From NCBI GenBank assembly GCA_038231275.1, contig JBBRLQ010000007.1, positions 256,001-320,000 on the forward strand: a stretch of DNA of 64,000 bases. The letters are read 5' to 3'. Below, piece after piece: positions 30,760 through 41,749 of the stretch (position 1 is the stretch's first letter; each line of letters begins with the position of its first letter). The DNA is from Polyangiales bacterium. GTDB lineage: Bacteria > Myxococcota_A > Polyangia > Polyangiales > Polyangiaceae. The position numbers and the translations under genes were made by a program. The notes beneath the pieces were generated by a model. That model was not told where the DNA came from. It saw nothing but the letters and a program-made list of their open reading frames with translations, and ran no database searches.

Positions 30760-32301
30760 TCACGGACTCCCGAGGCGCTCGAGCAGCGCGGGCACGTCGA
30801 CGTCCTCGGGCACGTCGGGGCCCCAATCGAACGGCGTCGGCGAGCCGGGCGGCGGGCGATCGATCGCGTTGCGCAGGCGTCGCTCGTCGTCGAAGCGCTG
30901 AACGTGGGCCGGGTCGCGCGCGCTGCACGTCGCGAGCTCCTGCGCTTGCCGTGAGGTGGCTCCCCAGCGCATCTCCGCGCAGTGGTACGGATCGAAGGAG
31001 AGATCGAAGATGCGCGCTTGCACGTCGGCGAGGCCGAGCCGGACGGCGCTCCCCGTCGAGCTCGTGTAGGTGACCTCGCAGCTCGCTTGGTGCGCGCGCC
31101 ACGCGTCCTGGTACGCCGACACCAGGCTCTTCGCGGTGCCGCTCCACGCGATCTGCGCGTCGCCGTTCGTCACCGCCGCGACCGTCGTCGTCACGTGAGC
31201 GAAGAGGCCACGGAAGCTCGCGCGGAGCCGCCCGTCCCGACCCGGCGACGAGAACGCCTCCCAATCGCCGTCCGCGGAGTACACGTTGGGCGGGACGTCG
31301 CCGATCGGTCCCGTCGCGAGATGAACGCCGGCGTCCACCGCCGCGACGCGATCGCCGAGATCGACGCAGAGCTGGTCGAGCAGCTGCCCGAACTGTGCGT
31401 CGGGCCCGAGGACGCGTCCGCCCGACAGCTGCGCGCGGACCCAGTCGTAGTACCCGTGCCCGTGGCCGTACTGCGAGTCGCCGAAGTCGGTCAGCTGCGC
31501 GTTCGGCGTGTACGTGAGGGCGGTCGCCGCGCTGTCGATGGGGCGAAAATTCCGGAAGCCGCCCCCCTGGCTTCGTCCACCGAGCGCGAGCTTGTCGCTG
31601 AAGATCGTGTGCGTGAGCGAGTTGTCGGGGTGACCGTCCATCATGTAGACGCTGCCGTTCGCGTCGACGCGGTAAACGACGAGGACGTGCCCGTTGGGAT
31701 CGTAGAAGAGCGTGCCGGGGTGCACCGTTCCAGGGCGCACGTCCACGGGGTACGTGTCGGTGTCCTCGACGTCGGGCGCGGTGCGGAAGAAGCCGGAGTG
31801 GACGACGTTCGAGACGCGGGTGAGGAGGGATTGGAGCGACGGTGCGGTCTTCGCGGTGCTCCACGCCGTCGGGTGGTTGTTCGCGGTGTAGCGGTAGTCG
31901 GGCGGCGCGCCGGGATCGTGGCCGGCGGGGAGGTCGCCGACGACCTCGCTGACGTAGCGGAACGGCCGGTTCGTCTTCATCGCGAAGTACGCGCGCAGCT
32001 CCATCGGCAGGTCCGCGCAGTCGGCGAACACGTCGAGGCGCGCATCGCTCGCGCGCTTGAACGGGTTGATCGTCGCGTCGTCGAGGCACGCGTTGACGCT
32101 CGTGCACCTGCCGGCGGCGCGCGCCTCGCCGATTCCTGCGATCCACGAGGACCACTCGGTCTCGGCCGCGGCGTTCCATGGGCGCGTGCCCATCGCGAGC
32201 TCGCCCGTGGTTGCGTCGGACGAGCCCGTCGTGCTCGAGCACGCGGACGCCGCGACGAGAGAAGTGAGCATCGCAGCGCGGAGCAAACGGCGCGCGCTCA
32301 T
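30760..32301 (-). CDS. Exported lipoprotein with a putative papain/NlpC-P60-like Cys-His dyad
   Basis: True start MSARRLL (ATG 32301, ATGA overlap); AASAC lipobox; DCADLP...GHVLVV. Confidence 0.65.
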   Translation of the reverse strand: MSARRLLRAAMLTSLVAASACSSTTGSSDATTGELAMGTRPWNAAAETEWSSWIAGIGEARAAGRCTSVNACLDDATINPFKRASDARLDVFADCADLPMELRAYFAMKTNRPFRYVSEVVGDLPAGHDPGAPPDYRYTANNHPTAWSTAKTAPSLQSLLTRVSNVVHSGFFRTAPDVEDTDTYPVDVRPGTVHPGTLFYDPNGHVLVVYRVDANGSVYMMDGHPDNSLTHTIFSDKLALGGRSQGGGFRNFRPIDSAATALTYTPNAQLTDFGDSQYGHGHGYYDWVRAQLSGGRVLGPDAQFGQLLDQLCVDLGDRVAAVDAGVHLATGPIGDVPPNVYSADGDWEAFSSPGRDGRLRASFRGLFAHVTTTVAAVTNGDAQIAWSGTAKSLVSAYQDAWRAHQASCEVTYTSSTGSAVRLGLADVQARIFDLSFDPYHCAEMRWGATSRQAQELATCSARDPAHVQRFDDERRLRNAIDRPPPGSPTPFDWGPDVPEDVDVPALLERLGSP

Positions 32302-33095
32302 TCGCAGTCCCCATTCGCGCACGGCGATCCGCCGTCGGCGGGGTCCGGTGGCGGCGGGTCGGGAAGCGGCGGCGCGTTGGGATCGCCGAGCCCCGCGTAC
32401 AGCAACGCGCCGCCGGAGATGGCGTCGACGACCGCGTCCTTCACCGCCGGATCGAGCGCGAAGCACCCGAACGAGAGGCCCTGCATCCCCGGCGACTCGT
32501 GCACGTACGTCGCGCTGTGGACCACGATCGCGCGGGAGCGCATGTTCGAGTTCGTCTCTGACAGGCCGTCGAGACGGAGCGATCGTCCGTGCACGCCGCT
32601 GTAGATCTCGCCGGTGAGGACGAAGCCGAGCGACGACTCGTGCGATCCGTCTTGGTTCGAGAAGCGCCGCGCGAAGCCGCTCCCATCGGTCTCGCTTCCG
32701 GCGCCGTGCGCGACGGCGTGCGGTGTCACGGCGCCCGTGGTCATGTCGACGAGGAAGAAGCGCTTCCTGGCGCTGCTCAGCGCGAAGTCCACGATGACCA
32801 TGTGGCCGGGGTTCTTGACGTTGGCCTTGTTCGCGTCGAAGTACACGATCGCGTCGTCCAGCAGGTTCCGCGCGATCGAGCGATCCTGATCGAGAAATGC
32901 GTAGCCCGCGACGATCTGCGCCGCCTCGGCGGGCGTCGGGTGCGGCGTCACGAATGCGCCTGCGCGATCGACGCCATGGGCGATCGTGTCCGCAGAGGCG
33001 GTGTCCTCGCCGTCGCGCTCGCCGCTACTGGCGGGGGCGCACGCGACGAAGACGGCAGGGAAGAGAGCGATGAGGAGACGCGCGCGCATCGACAT
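32298..33095 (-). CDS. Murein L,D-transpeptidase catalytic domain (YkuD_2-type) lipoprotein
   Basis: IVDF..SS..RFFL.D, VAHGAGS, SSLG, LRLDGL, RAIVVH and SFGCFA motifs; FVAC lipobox. Confidence 0.88.
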   Translation of the reverse strand: MSMRARLLIALFPAVFVACAPASSGERDGEDTASADTIAHGVDRAGAFVTPHPTPAEAAQIVAGYAFLDQDRSIARNLLDDAIVYFDANKANVKNPGHMVIVDFALSSARKRFFLVDMTTGAVTPHAVAHGAGSETDGSGFARRFSNQDGSHESSLGFVLTGEIYSGVHGRSLRLDGLSETNSNMRSRAIVVHSATYVHESPGMQGLSFGCFALDPAVKDAVVDAISGGALLYAGLGDPNAPPLPDPPPPDPADGGSPCANGDCE

Positions 33096-33106
33096 GCCGC
33101 CGACTC

Positions 33107-33124
33107 AAGCACGACATGTGCCGA
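33107..33124 (-). promoter_or_regulatory. Putative sigma54 (-24/-12) promoter of the L,D-transpeptidase operon
   Basis: Minus strand reads TCGGCACATGTCGTGCTT, i.e. GG-N10-GC with GGCAC. Confidence 0.55.
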
Positions 33125-33339
33125 CATGTAGGAGTGCTTTGTTTGCCAGTCGCCTTGGAATCGTCTTCGCGGGGGCGTGTCGGCGTGCGGAGTGAGCGGA
33201 TCAATCCGCCCGCGTGGGAATGCGTCGGGACGGGCACCTGGGTCCCGCGCGAATCACCCGGTGCAGCGATGGCTCCGTCCCCGCGAGGAAGTTTTCACCG
33301 TGCGCGGCCCGACGGCATCGCCGTGACGGGCCCTCGAGA

Positions 33340-33555
33340 CTACTTCTTCTTCGCCTGGAGCGCCTTGAGCTGACGCTCGAGCGCCTCGGCGACCTCGGCC
33401 GCGACCTTGCCGCCGTGGGCCCACTGATCGGCCTTCACGAGCGTGGTCTGGGCGGCCTTGGCGAACTTGGTGCGCCGACCGCGCGCGAGCTTCGCGAACG
33501 CAACCTGGGACTCGGACGCGGTGGGCTTGACGGCGGGCTGGAGAAATCCTCGCAT
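33340..33555 (-). CDS. Small basic hypothetical protein
   Basis: 71 aa, Lys/Ala-rich, GC3-biased codons; AAGGAAAAG RBS-like site upstream. Confidence 0.6.
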   Translation of the reverse strand: MRGFLQPAVKPTASESQVAFAKLARGRRTKFAKAAQTTLVKADQWAHGGKVAAEVAEALERQLKALQAKKK

Positions 33556-33584
33556 GGCGGCTTTTCCTTAGTCGCGAAACGCCC

Positions 33585-36668
<3,084 letters not shown>

Positions 36669-36737
36669 GGGTGCCGAGCGTACCAGGGCTCGGGCGCGGC
36701 AGCGACCCGCTCGATTGGTGTAGGCTGGAGCCACGCA

Positions 36738-38603
36738 ATGGGCCCCGTGGTCGTCACGACGTCGGTGGATCTCGCGTCTTCGGCCGAGGACGTGTGGCCT
36801 CTCATCACCGACACCGATCGCATGAATCGCATCATCGGTGGCGAGCCGGTGACCTATCGCCCCGTCGAGGAGGCCTCTGCCGACTCGCCTGCCCGCTTCG
36901 TCGCGTCGACCAAGGCCGCCGGCTTCACGCTCGAGTACGAGGAGTACCCGTTCGAGTGGAGCCACGGCCGGTCGTTCAGCGTCTTTCGCCGCATGCGCAA
37001 GGGCGTCCTCACGTCCTACGCGATGAGCGTCGATCTCGCGCCGATCAAGGACGGCACGCTCCAGGGCGGGACGCGCGCCACCTTCCGGCTCGCGCTCGAG
37101 GCCTCGTCGTTCATTTTTCGGCCGCTCGCGATGCTCGTGGGGCGACGCTTCGTGCGCGCGTCCGCGCAGCTCGCAGAGGCGATCGATCACCACGTCCGCG
37201 ACAAGGCGCCGAGCCCGTACCTGAAGCCCGTGACCGTCGCCAACTTGAACCACGTCACCTTCGCGATCTCCGAGCTCAAGAAGGCAGGAATCGCCCCTGC
37301 GCTCGCCGATCGCCTCGGCACCTTCGTGCGCGAGGCACCCGACGCCGACGTCATCCGCATCCGCCCCTTCGAGGTCGCCGAACAGTGGGGCGAGGACCGG
37401 CGGGACGTCCTGCGCGCGTTCCTCCGCGCAGTGCCCGCGGGGATCGTGGAGCTGCGATGGGCGCTCATCTGCCCGAGCTGCCGCGTCGCCGGGCAGACGG
37501 TGAGCCAGCTCGACGAGATCGAGGCCGGCGCGCACTGCCAGCAGTGCGACATCTCGTTCGACCTCGATCTCGATCGCGCGGTGGAGGCGACCTTCGTGGT
37601 GCACCCCACCGTTCGTCCGGTGCCGCAGCAGCTGTTCTGCATGGGAGGGCCTGCGCGCACTCCGCACGTCCTCGTGCAGGCGAACCTCGAGCCGGGGGCG
37701 TCCAAGTCGCTCGACGCGCCGTCGGAGGTCGCGCGCTTTCGAATCTTCGCGCGCGGCGGCGCGTCAGCGAGCGTGGAGGTCGCCGACGACGCGCCGAAGG
37801 CGGCCGAGGTCACCGTGATCGAGGACGCGATTCGTCCCGCCCTCGTCCGCATCGCGCCGGGCGGAAAGCTCACCGTCGTGAACGACACGAAAGAGGCGCG
37901 TCACGTCAAAATCGAGCGCATGGGGTACGCGACTCTCGCCGCGACGGCGCACACGGTGTCGACGCTCGGTGATTTTCGCGAGCTCTTCTCCACCGATCTC
38001 CTGAAGCGCGGCACGCCGCTCAAGGTCGCGCGCGTGGCGGTCTTCTTCAGCGATCTGACCGGCTCGACGGCGCTCTACTCCGAGGTCGGTGACGCCGCCG
38101 CGTTCCGACTCGTCGACGACCACTTCGACTTGCTGCGCAAAATCATCGACAAAAACCAGGGTGTCGTCGTCAAGACGATGGGCGACGCGGTCATGGCGGC
38201 GTTCACCGATCCGAGCGAGTGCGTCACCGCGGCGGTGGAGGCGCTGAGCGAGTTCGAGCGCTTCCGCGTGGCGCACAAGCACGGCGCCTCGATCGGCATC
38301 AAGCTGGGGATGTACGCCGGAGCCTGCTACGTCGTCACCGCGAACGGGACGCTCGACTACTTCGGGCAGACCGTCAACGTTGCGTCGCGCGTGCAGCACC
38401 TCGCGCACTCCGGCGAGCTGGTCCTCGAGGAGGCGACGCTGGAGGCCCTCCGCCCCGAGGCGCAGGCGCTCGTGCAAGCGGGCGAGCGCTTCGAGGCGCG
38501 CGTAAAGGGGATCGACGCGCCGCTCAAGCTCGTTCGCGTCCAGCTGAGCCCGAAGGGCAAAGAAGCGAGCATCCCGCCCGCTCGCCCGACCGCGACGGCC
38601 TGA
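36738..38603 (+). CDS. Class III adenylate/guanylate cyclase with an N-terminal SRPBCC-like domain and a zinc ribbon (DUF5939-like)
   Basis: True start ATG 36738; VWPLITDTDRMN, CPSC...CQQC, FSDLTGSTALY, VKTMGDAVMA and DYFGQTVNVASR. Confidence 0.9.
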   Translation: MGPVVVTTSVDLASSAEDVWPLITDTDRMNRIIGGEPVTYRPVEEASADSPARFVASTKAAGFTLEYEEYPFEWSHGRSFSVFRRMRKGVLTSYAMSVDLAPIKDGTLQGGTRATFRLALEASSFIFRPLAMLVGRRFVRASAQLAEAIDHHVRDKAPSPYLKPVTVANLNHVTFAISELKKAGIAPALADRLGTFVREAPDADVIRIRPFEVAEQWGEDRRDVLRAFLRAVPAGIVELRWALICPSCRVAGQTVSQLDEIEAGAHCQQCDISFDLDLDRAVEATFVVHPTVRPVPQQLFCMGGPARTPHVLVQANLEPGASKSLDAPSEVARFRIFARGGASASVEVADDAPKAAEVTVIEDAIRPALVRIAPGGKLTVVNDTKEARHVKIERMGYATLAATAHTVSTLGDFRELFSTDLLKRGTPLKVARVAVFFSDLTGSTALYSEVGDAAAFRLVDDHFDLLRKIIDKNQGVVVKTMGDAVMAAFTDPSECVTAAVEALSEFERFRVAHKHGASIGIKLGMYAGACYVVTANGTLDYFGQTVNVASRVQHLAHSGELVLEEATLEALRPEAQALVQAGERFEARVKGIDAPLKLVRVQLSPKGKEASIPPARPTATA

Positions 38604-38646
38604 GCGAGCGATCACGAGCCTTCCTTTCGACGGCGGAGTTGACGTG

Positions 38647-38667
38647 CTTCACGCGGGGCGCGTGAAG
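38647..38667. terminator. Perfect 9-bp hairpin between convergent genes
   Basis: CTTCACGCG-GGG-CGCGTGAAG; no U-tract. Confidence 0.35.
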
Positions 38668-38740
38668 ACGCCGCGGTCGTGTTGGGTGTGATCGCGTGCG
38701 CACCCGCGCGCGGTGCGTGGCGACAAAGGTGGGCTGACGT

Positions 38741-39442
38741 TCAGGGATCCTTCACGTCGACGAGGAACGCCACGTGGCCGACGGGGGAGTTGGGCGCGTC
38801 CTCGGTGCACTCGTCGAAGAAGTGGAAGCGTACGGTCCACGCGCCGGGTGCGTCGAACGTGATCGGTCCGAGCGTGTACTGCCCGGGCTCCGTCTCGGTC
38901 GGGGTCTGTCCCGCGAGCGCGAGGACGTGCGTCTCATCGAGAAACGCCTCGACCCTGGGCGCGGCTCCCGTCATCGGCGCGTGATCGGCGAGCTGGCTCG
39001 CCTGGAGCGTGAACGTCACCGGCCGCGCCGCGACGAGCGGCGTCGAGCCCCAGTGCACGTGGTACTTGCACTGATCGTCGTCGGAGTCGCTCCCGAGGGC
39101 GGGGTCGAGGTAGACGCTGTCGGGATCTTCACCGCCGTCGTCGGTCGCGCCGTCGGGTTGCGCCGCGTCGGCCGGCTGCGCGTCGGGCTGTACGGCCCGC
39201 GTACCGCAGGACGCCATCGCCGTCGGCTGCGCCTCGACGCAGCGCGAGGCCCCCGTGTCCGTTCCCAGATTCAACGGCGGCAGCCCGGTCTCCGCGCCGC
39301 CGTCGTCCGCGGGCTCGACAGCGACGGCGTTCGGATCGGCGCCGCCATCCTTGCCGGTGCACGCCGCCGTGACCCCCACGAGGGAGATCACGGCGCCGAG
39401 CGCGGCCCACACGCTCGTGCGAAGGCTGCCGTCAGTAACCAT
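38741..39442 (-). CDS. YtkA/FixH-like Ig-fold lipoprotein
   Basis: True start MVTDGS (ATG 39442); TAAC lipobox; PGQY...FDAPGAWTVRFHF..C..PVGH. Confidence 0.6.
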   Translation of the reverse strand: MVTDGSLRTSVWAALGAVISLVGVTAACTGKDGGADPNAVAVEPADDGGAETGLPPLNLGTDTGASRCVEAQPTAMASCGTRAVQPDAQPADAAQPDGATDDGGEDPDSVYLDPALGSDSDDDQCKYHVHWGSTPLVAARPVTFTLQASQLADHAPMTGAAPRVEAFLDETHVLALAGQTPTETEPGQYTLGPITFDAPGAWTVRFHFFDECTEDAPNSPVGHVAFLVDVKDP

Positions 39443-40322
39443 TTCGCGCGATGGCGATGTAGGCCGACGACGCGGTCCGCAGATCGTGCACGATTCCCGA
39501 GGCGCAGCCGCGCGCTTCGTAGGCCCACATCGAGCCCCAACCGTCGCCCGACTCGTGCAGGAAGATGTGGCCGGCGCCGCTGTCGTGGTGCGTGAGCGCG
39601 TCCGCGAGGCCGGCGGCGCTGCGCGAGATGCGGTGCCACGAGATCGTCTGGAAGCGGAAGTTGTAGGTGCTGTACGGGTGCTCGTCGACCGAGACGTTCG
39701 AGTTCGAGCTCGGCACGTCCCAGATCTTCGCGACGTACCCGGAGCAGTCTGCGCCGTAGCTCCCGTGGTGCGTGCAGCTCGGGCAGCTGCCGGCGCACGA
39801 GCCGCGCGTCGAGGAGCTGGGGCCGGAGCCGAGCCAGCGTCCGTGTCCCCACCAGTACGAGAAGCCGACACCGTCCTTTGCGCGCGCGATGGCGTTGCTG
39901 CGGGCCGACGAGCCGCCGCCCCCACCGCCGCCCCCACCACCACCGGGCGTTGAGACCAGCTTCAGATACGAGCCGTAGCTCCAGCCGACGACGCCGTTGT
40001 GCTTGATGTTGTACCAACCCGAGACCGGCGCGGTGCGGTTCACCGTGGTGACGTGCGCTCCATTGGGGATGACGTGCAGCACGTGATCGCCCGTCGAAGC
40101 CCCCGTGCGAAGGTTCAGGTTCGCCGTCGTGGCGAGGATCGATCCCACCGGCACGCCGGCGGAGAGCTCCTCACTCACGGACGACGCGGTCTTCTCGTCG
40201 GCCGATTGGAGCTGCTCGCTGTCCACGTTCCCCGCACTGCTGCTGCACGCGCCGATCGCGAGCATCGCGCCGAAGGCAACCGCACACCGCACGACGTACC
40301 GGCCAAGCATCGAAGGTTTCAT
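39432..40322 (-). CDS. SH3b plus NlpC/P60-like putative peptidoglycan hydrolase lipoprotein
   Basis: Start probably 40322; AIGAC lipobox; LNLRTGAS...GWY..GWSYGSYL (SH3b); Gly linker; GADCSGYV...GHIFL. Confidence 0.82.
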   Translation of the reverse strand: MKPSMLGRYVVRCAVAFGAMLAIGACSSSAGNVDSEQLQSADEKTASSVSEELSAGVPVGSILATTANLNLRTGASTGDHVLHVIPNGAHVTTVNRTAPVSGWYNIKHNGVVGWSYGSYLKLVSTPGGGGGGGGGGGSSARSNAIARAKDGVGFSYWWGHGRWLGSGPSSSTRGSCAGSCPSCTHHGSYGADCSGYVAKIWDVPSSNSNVSVDEHPYSTYNFRFQTISWHRISRSAAGLADALTHHDSGAGHIFLHESGDGWGSMWAYEARGCASGIVHDLRTASSAYIAIARNGY

Positions 40323-40334
40323 GAGCACTCCTAG

Positions 40335-40350
40335 AGCGAGCGGCGTGCCA
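40335..40350 (-). promoter_or_regulatory. Putative sigma54 promoter of the SH3-NlpC gene
   Basis: Minus strand reads TGGCACGCCGCTCGCT. Confidence 0.6.
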
Positions 40351-40601
40351 GGCGCGTGGGTCTCGCGAGAATCAGCGGGCATGTGGGTTCCTCTCGCCCC
40401 AAGCGCGATCGCGCTTCACGCGGTTTTTTTGAAGGCGGCGCGCGGCGTTCGAGGTTGTCCGCGAACGAGACGCAAACGAAACGCGGCACCTGGATCGCGA
40501 ATTTTCTCGCGACGCACCGCGAGCCTCGTGACACGTCACGTACGCGCACGCGCGTCACTCGAAGAATCGAAGGGGCGCGCGCGTTGCAAGACCACGGGAA
40601 G

Positions 40602-41708
40602 ATGCCGGACGCACCGAAACGAGCCCCGCGCGCGAAGATCTTGGGTGGAGCCGCGCTCGTCGGCGGGGCTCTGCTCGTCCTCTTCTTCGCGCGAGGCCGA
40701 GGAGGCGATGGCGCGCTGCAGAAGAAGGAGGACGGAAAGACCCCGGTCGCGATCACCCAAGGCGAGGCGCCCGCCGCCAAGCTCATCGTGACCGATCTCG
40801 CGATCGACGCCGCGGCGACCCCGTCGCCGTCCGGGGCGGGCGCCGTCACGCTCGGATGGGGTTCCGGCGATCACGACGTCGGCCGCCTGCGCCCCGAGGA
40901 GGGCAACCCAGAGGCGCCGATGAGCCTCGTCCTCGATCCCAAGGGGAACGTACTGGTGCTCGATCAGGTCAATGCGCGAATGCTCCGCATCGGCAAGGAT
41001 GGCAAGACGCTCGCCGTCATTCCCGTTCCCCTCCGCGCCGCGCAAGACGTCGCGATCGCGCCCGACGGCACGATGGCGGTGCTCGATCGTCTGGGCGACA
41101 AGGGGATCGCGATCCTCGGACCCGATGGAAAGCTCCTCGGGACGCTGCCGCTCGAGGGCAAAGGGATCGACGAGGCCGGCGGCCTCACGGGCGTCTTCGT
41201 CGACGGCAAGAGCGTGTACGTCGAGCGCGAGCACGGGACGCTGGTGCGCGTAGGCGACACGTCAGGGGTCGCCGACGAAGTGCGCCCCGAGCTCCCCGGG
41301 CGGCCGTCGAGGGATGGTCGCATGCTGCTGTCTGCCGGAATCACCGACGCGCACGCCGGGCGCCTCTTCATCAGCGCGATCGAGCGCGCGACGGACGAGC
41401 ACGTGTTCACGCGCGAGCTACGGATGGGGATGCCGATCGTGTCGATCATGCTCCTCGACAGCGACGCGGCTGGCGTCGTCTACCTGGCGACGCTGGCCGA
41501 GATCCCGTCGGGCGACGAGCCGGTCCCGGCGGTGTTCCTCACCTGCCTCTCCTCGGGAGACGGCCAGCCGGGGCACACCGTTCAGCTTCCTGTAAACGCG
41601 TCTGCCGACGAGACGTTCCGCGAGATGACGGTGGCCCCGGAGGGCGGTGTGGTCTACGCGCACCGCACGGAGAGCGGGATGACGCTGAGCCGCTACGATT
41701 GCCGTTAG
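40602..41708 (+). CDS. Membrane-anchored NHL/beta-propeller protein
   Basis: Start probably ATG 40602; TM segment, then P..L..DPKGNVLVLDQVNARM and DVAIAPDG blades. Confidence 0.7.
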   Translation: MPDAPKRAPRAKILGGAALVGGALLVLFFARGRGGDGALQKKEDGKTPVAITQGEAPAAKLIVTDLAIDAAATPSPSGAGAVTLGWGSGDHDVGRLRPEEGNPEAPMSLVLDPKGNVLVLDQVNARMLRIGKDGKTLAVIPVPLRAAQDVAIAPDGTMAVLDRLGDKGIAILGPDGKLLGTLPLEGKGIDEAGGLTGVFVDGKSVYVEREHGTLVRVGDTSGVADEVRPELPGRPSRDGRMLLSAGITDAHAGRLFISAIERATDEHVFTRELRMGMPIVSIMLLDSDAAGVVYLATLAEIPSGDEPVPAVFLTCLSSGDGQPGHTVQLPVNASADETFREMTVAPEGGVVYAHRTESGMTLSRYDCR

Positions 41709-41749
41709 ACCCCCACGGCAAGAAAGGATCGACGGACCCCTTACGACGT

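Noticed and set aside
33125..33339. Possible ncRNA or riboswitch in a 215-nt intergenic gap
   Set aside because: No recognisable family motif by eye; more likely an enhancer/promoter region. An Rfam scan would settle it.
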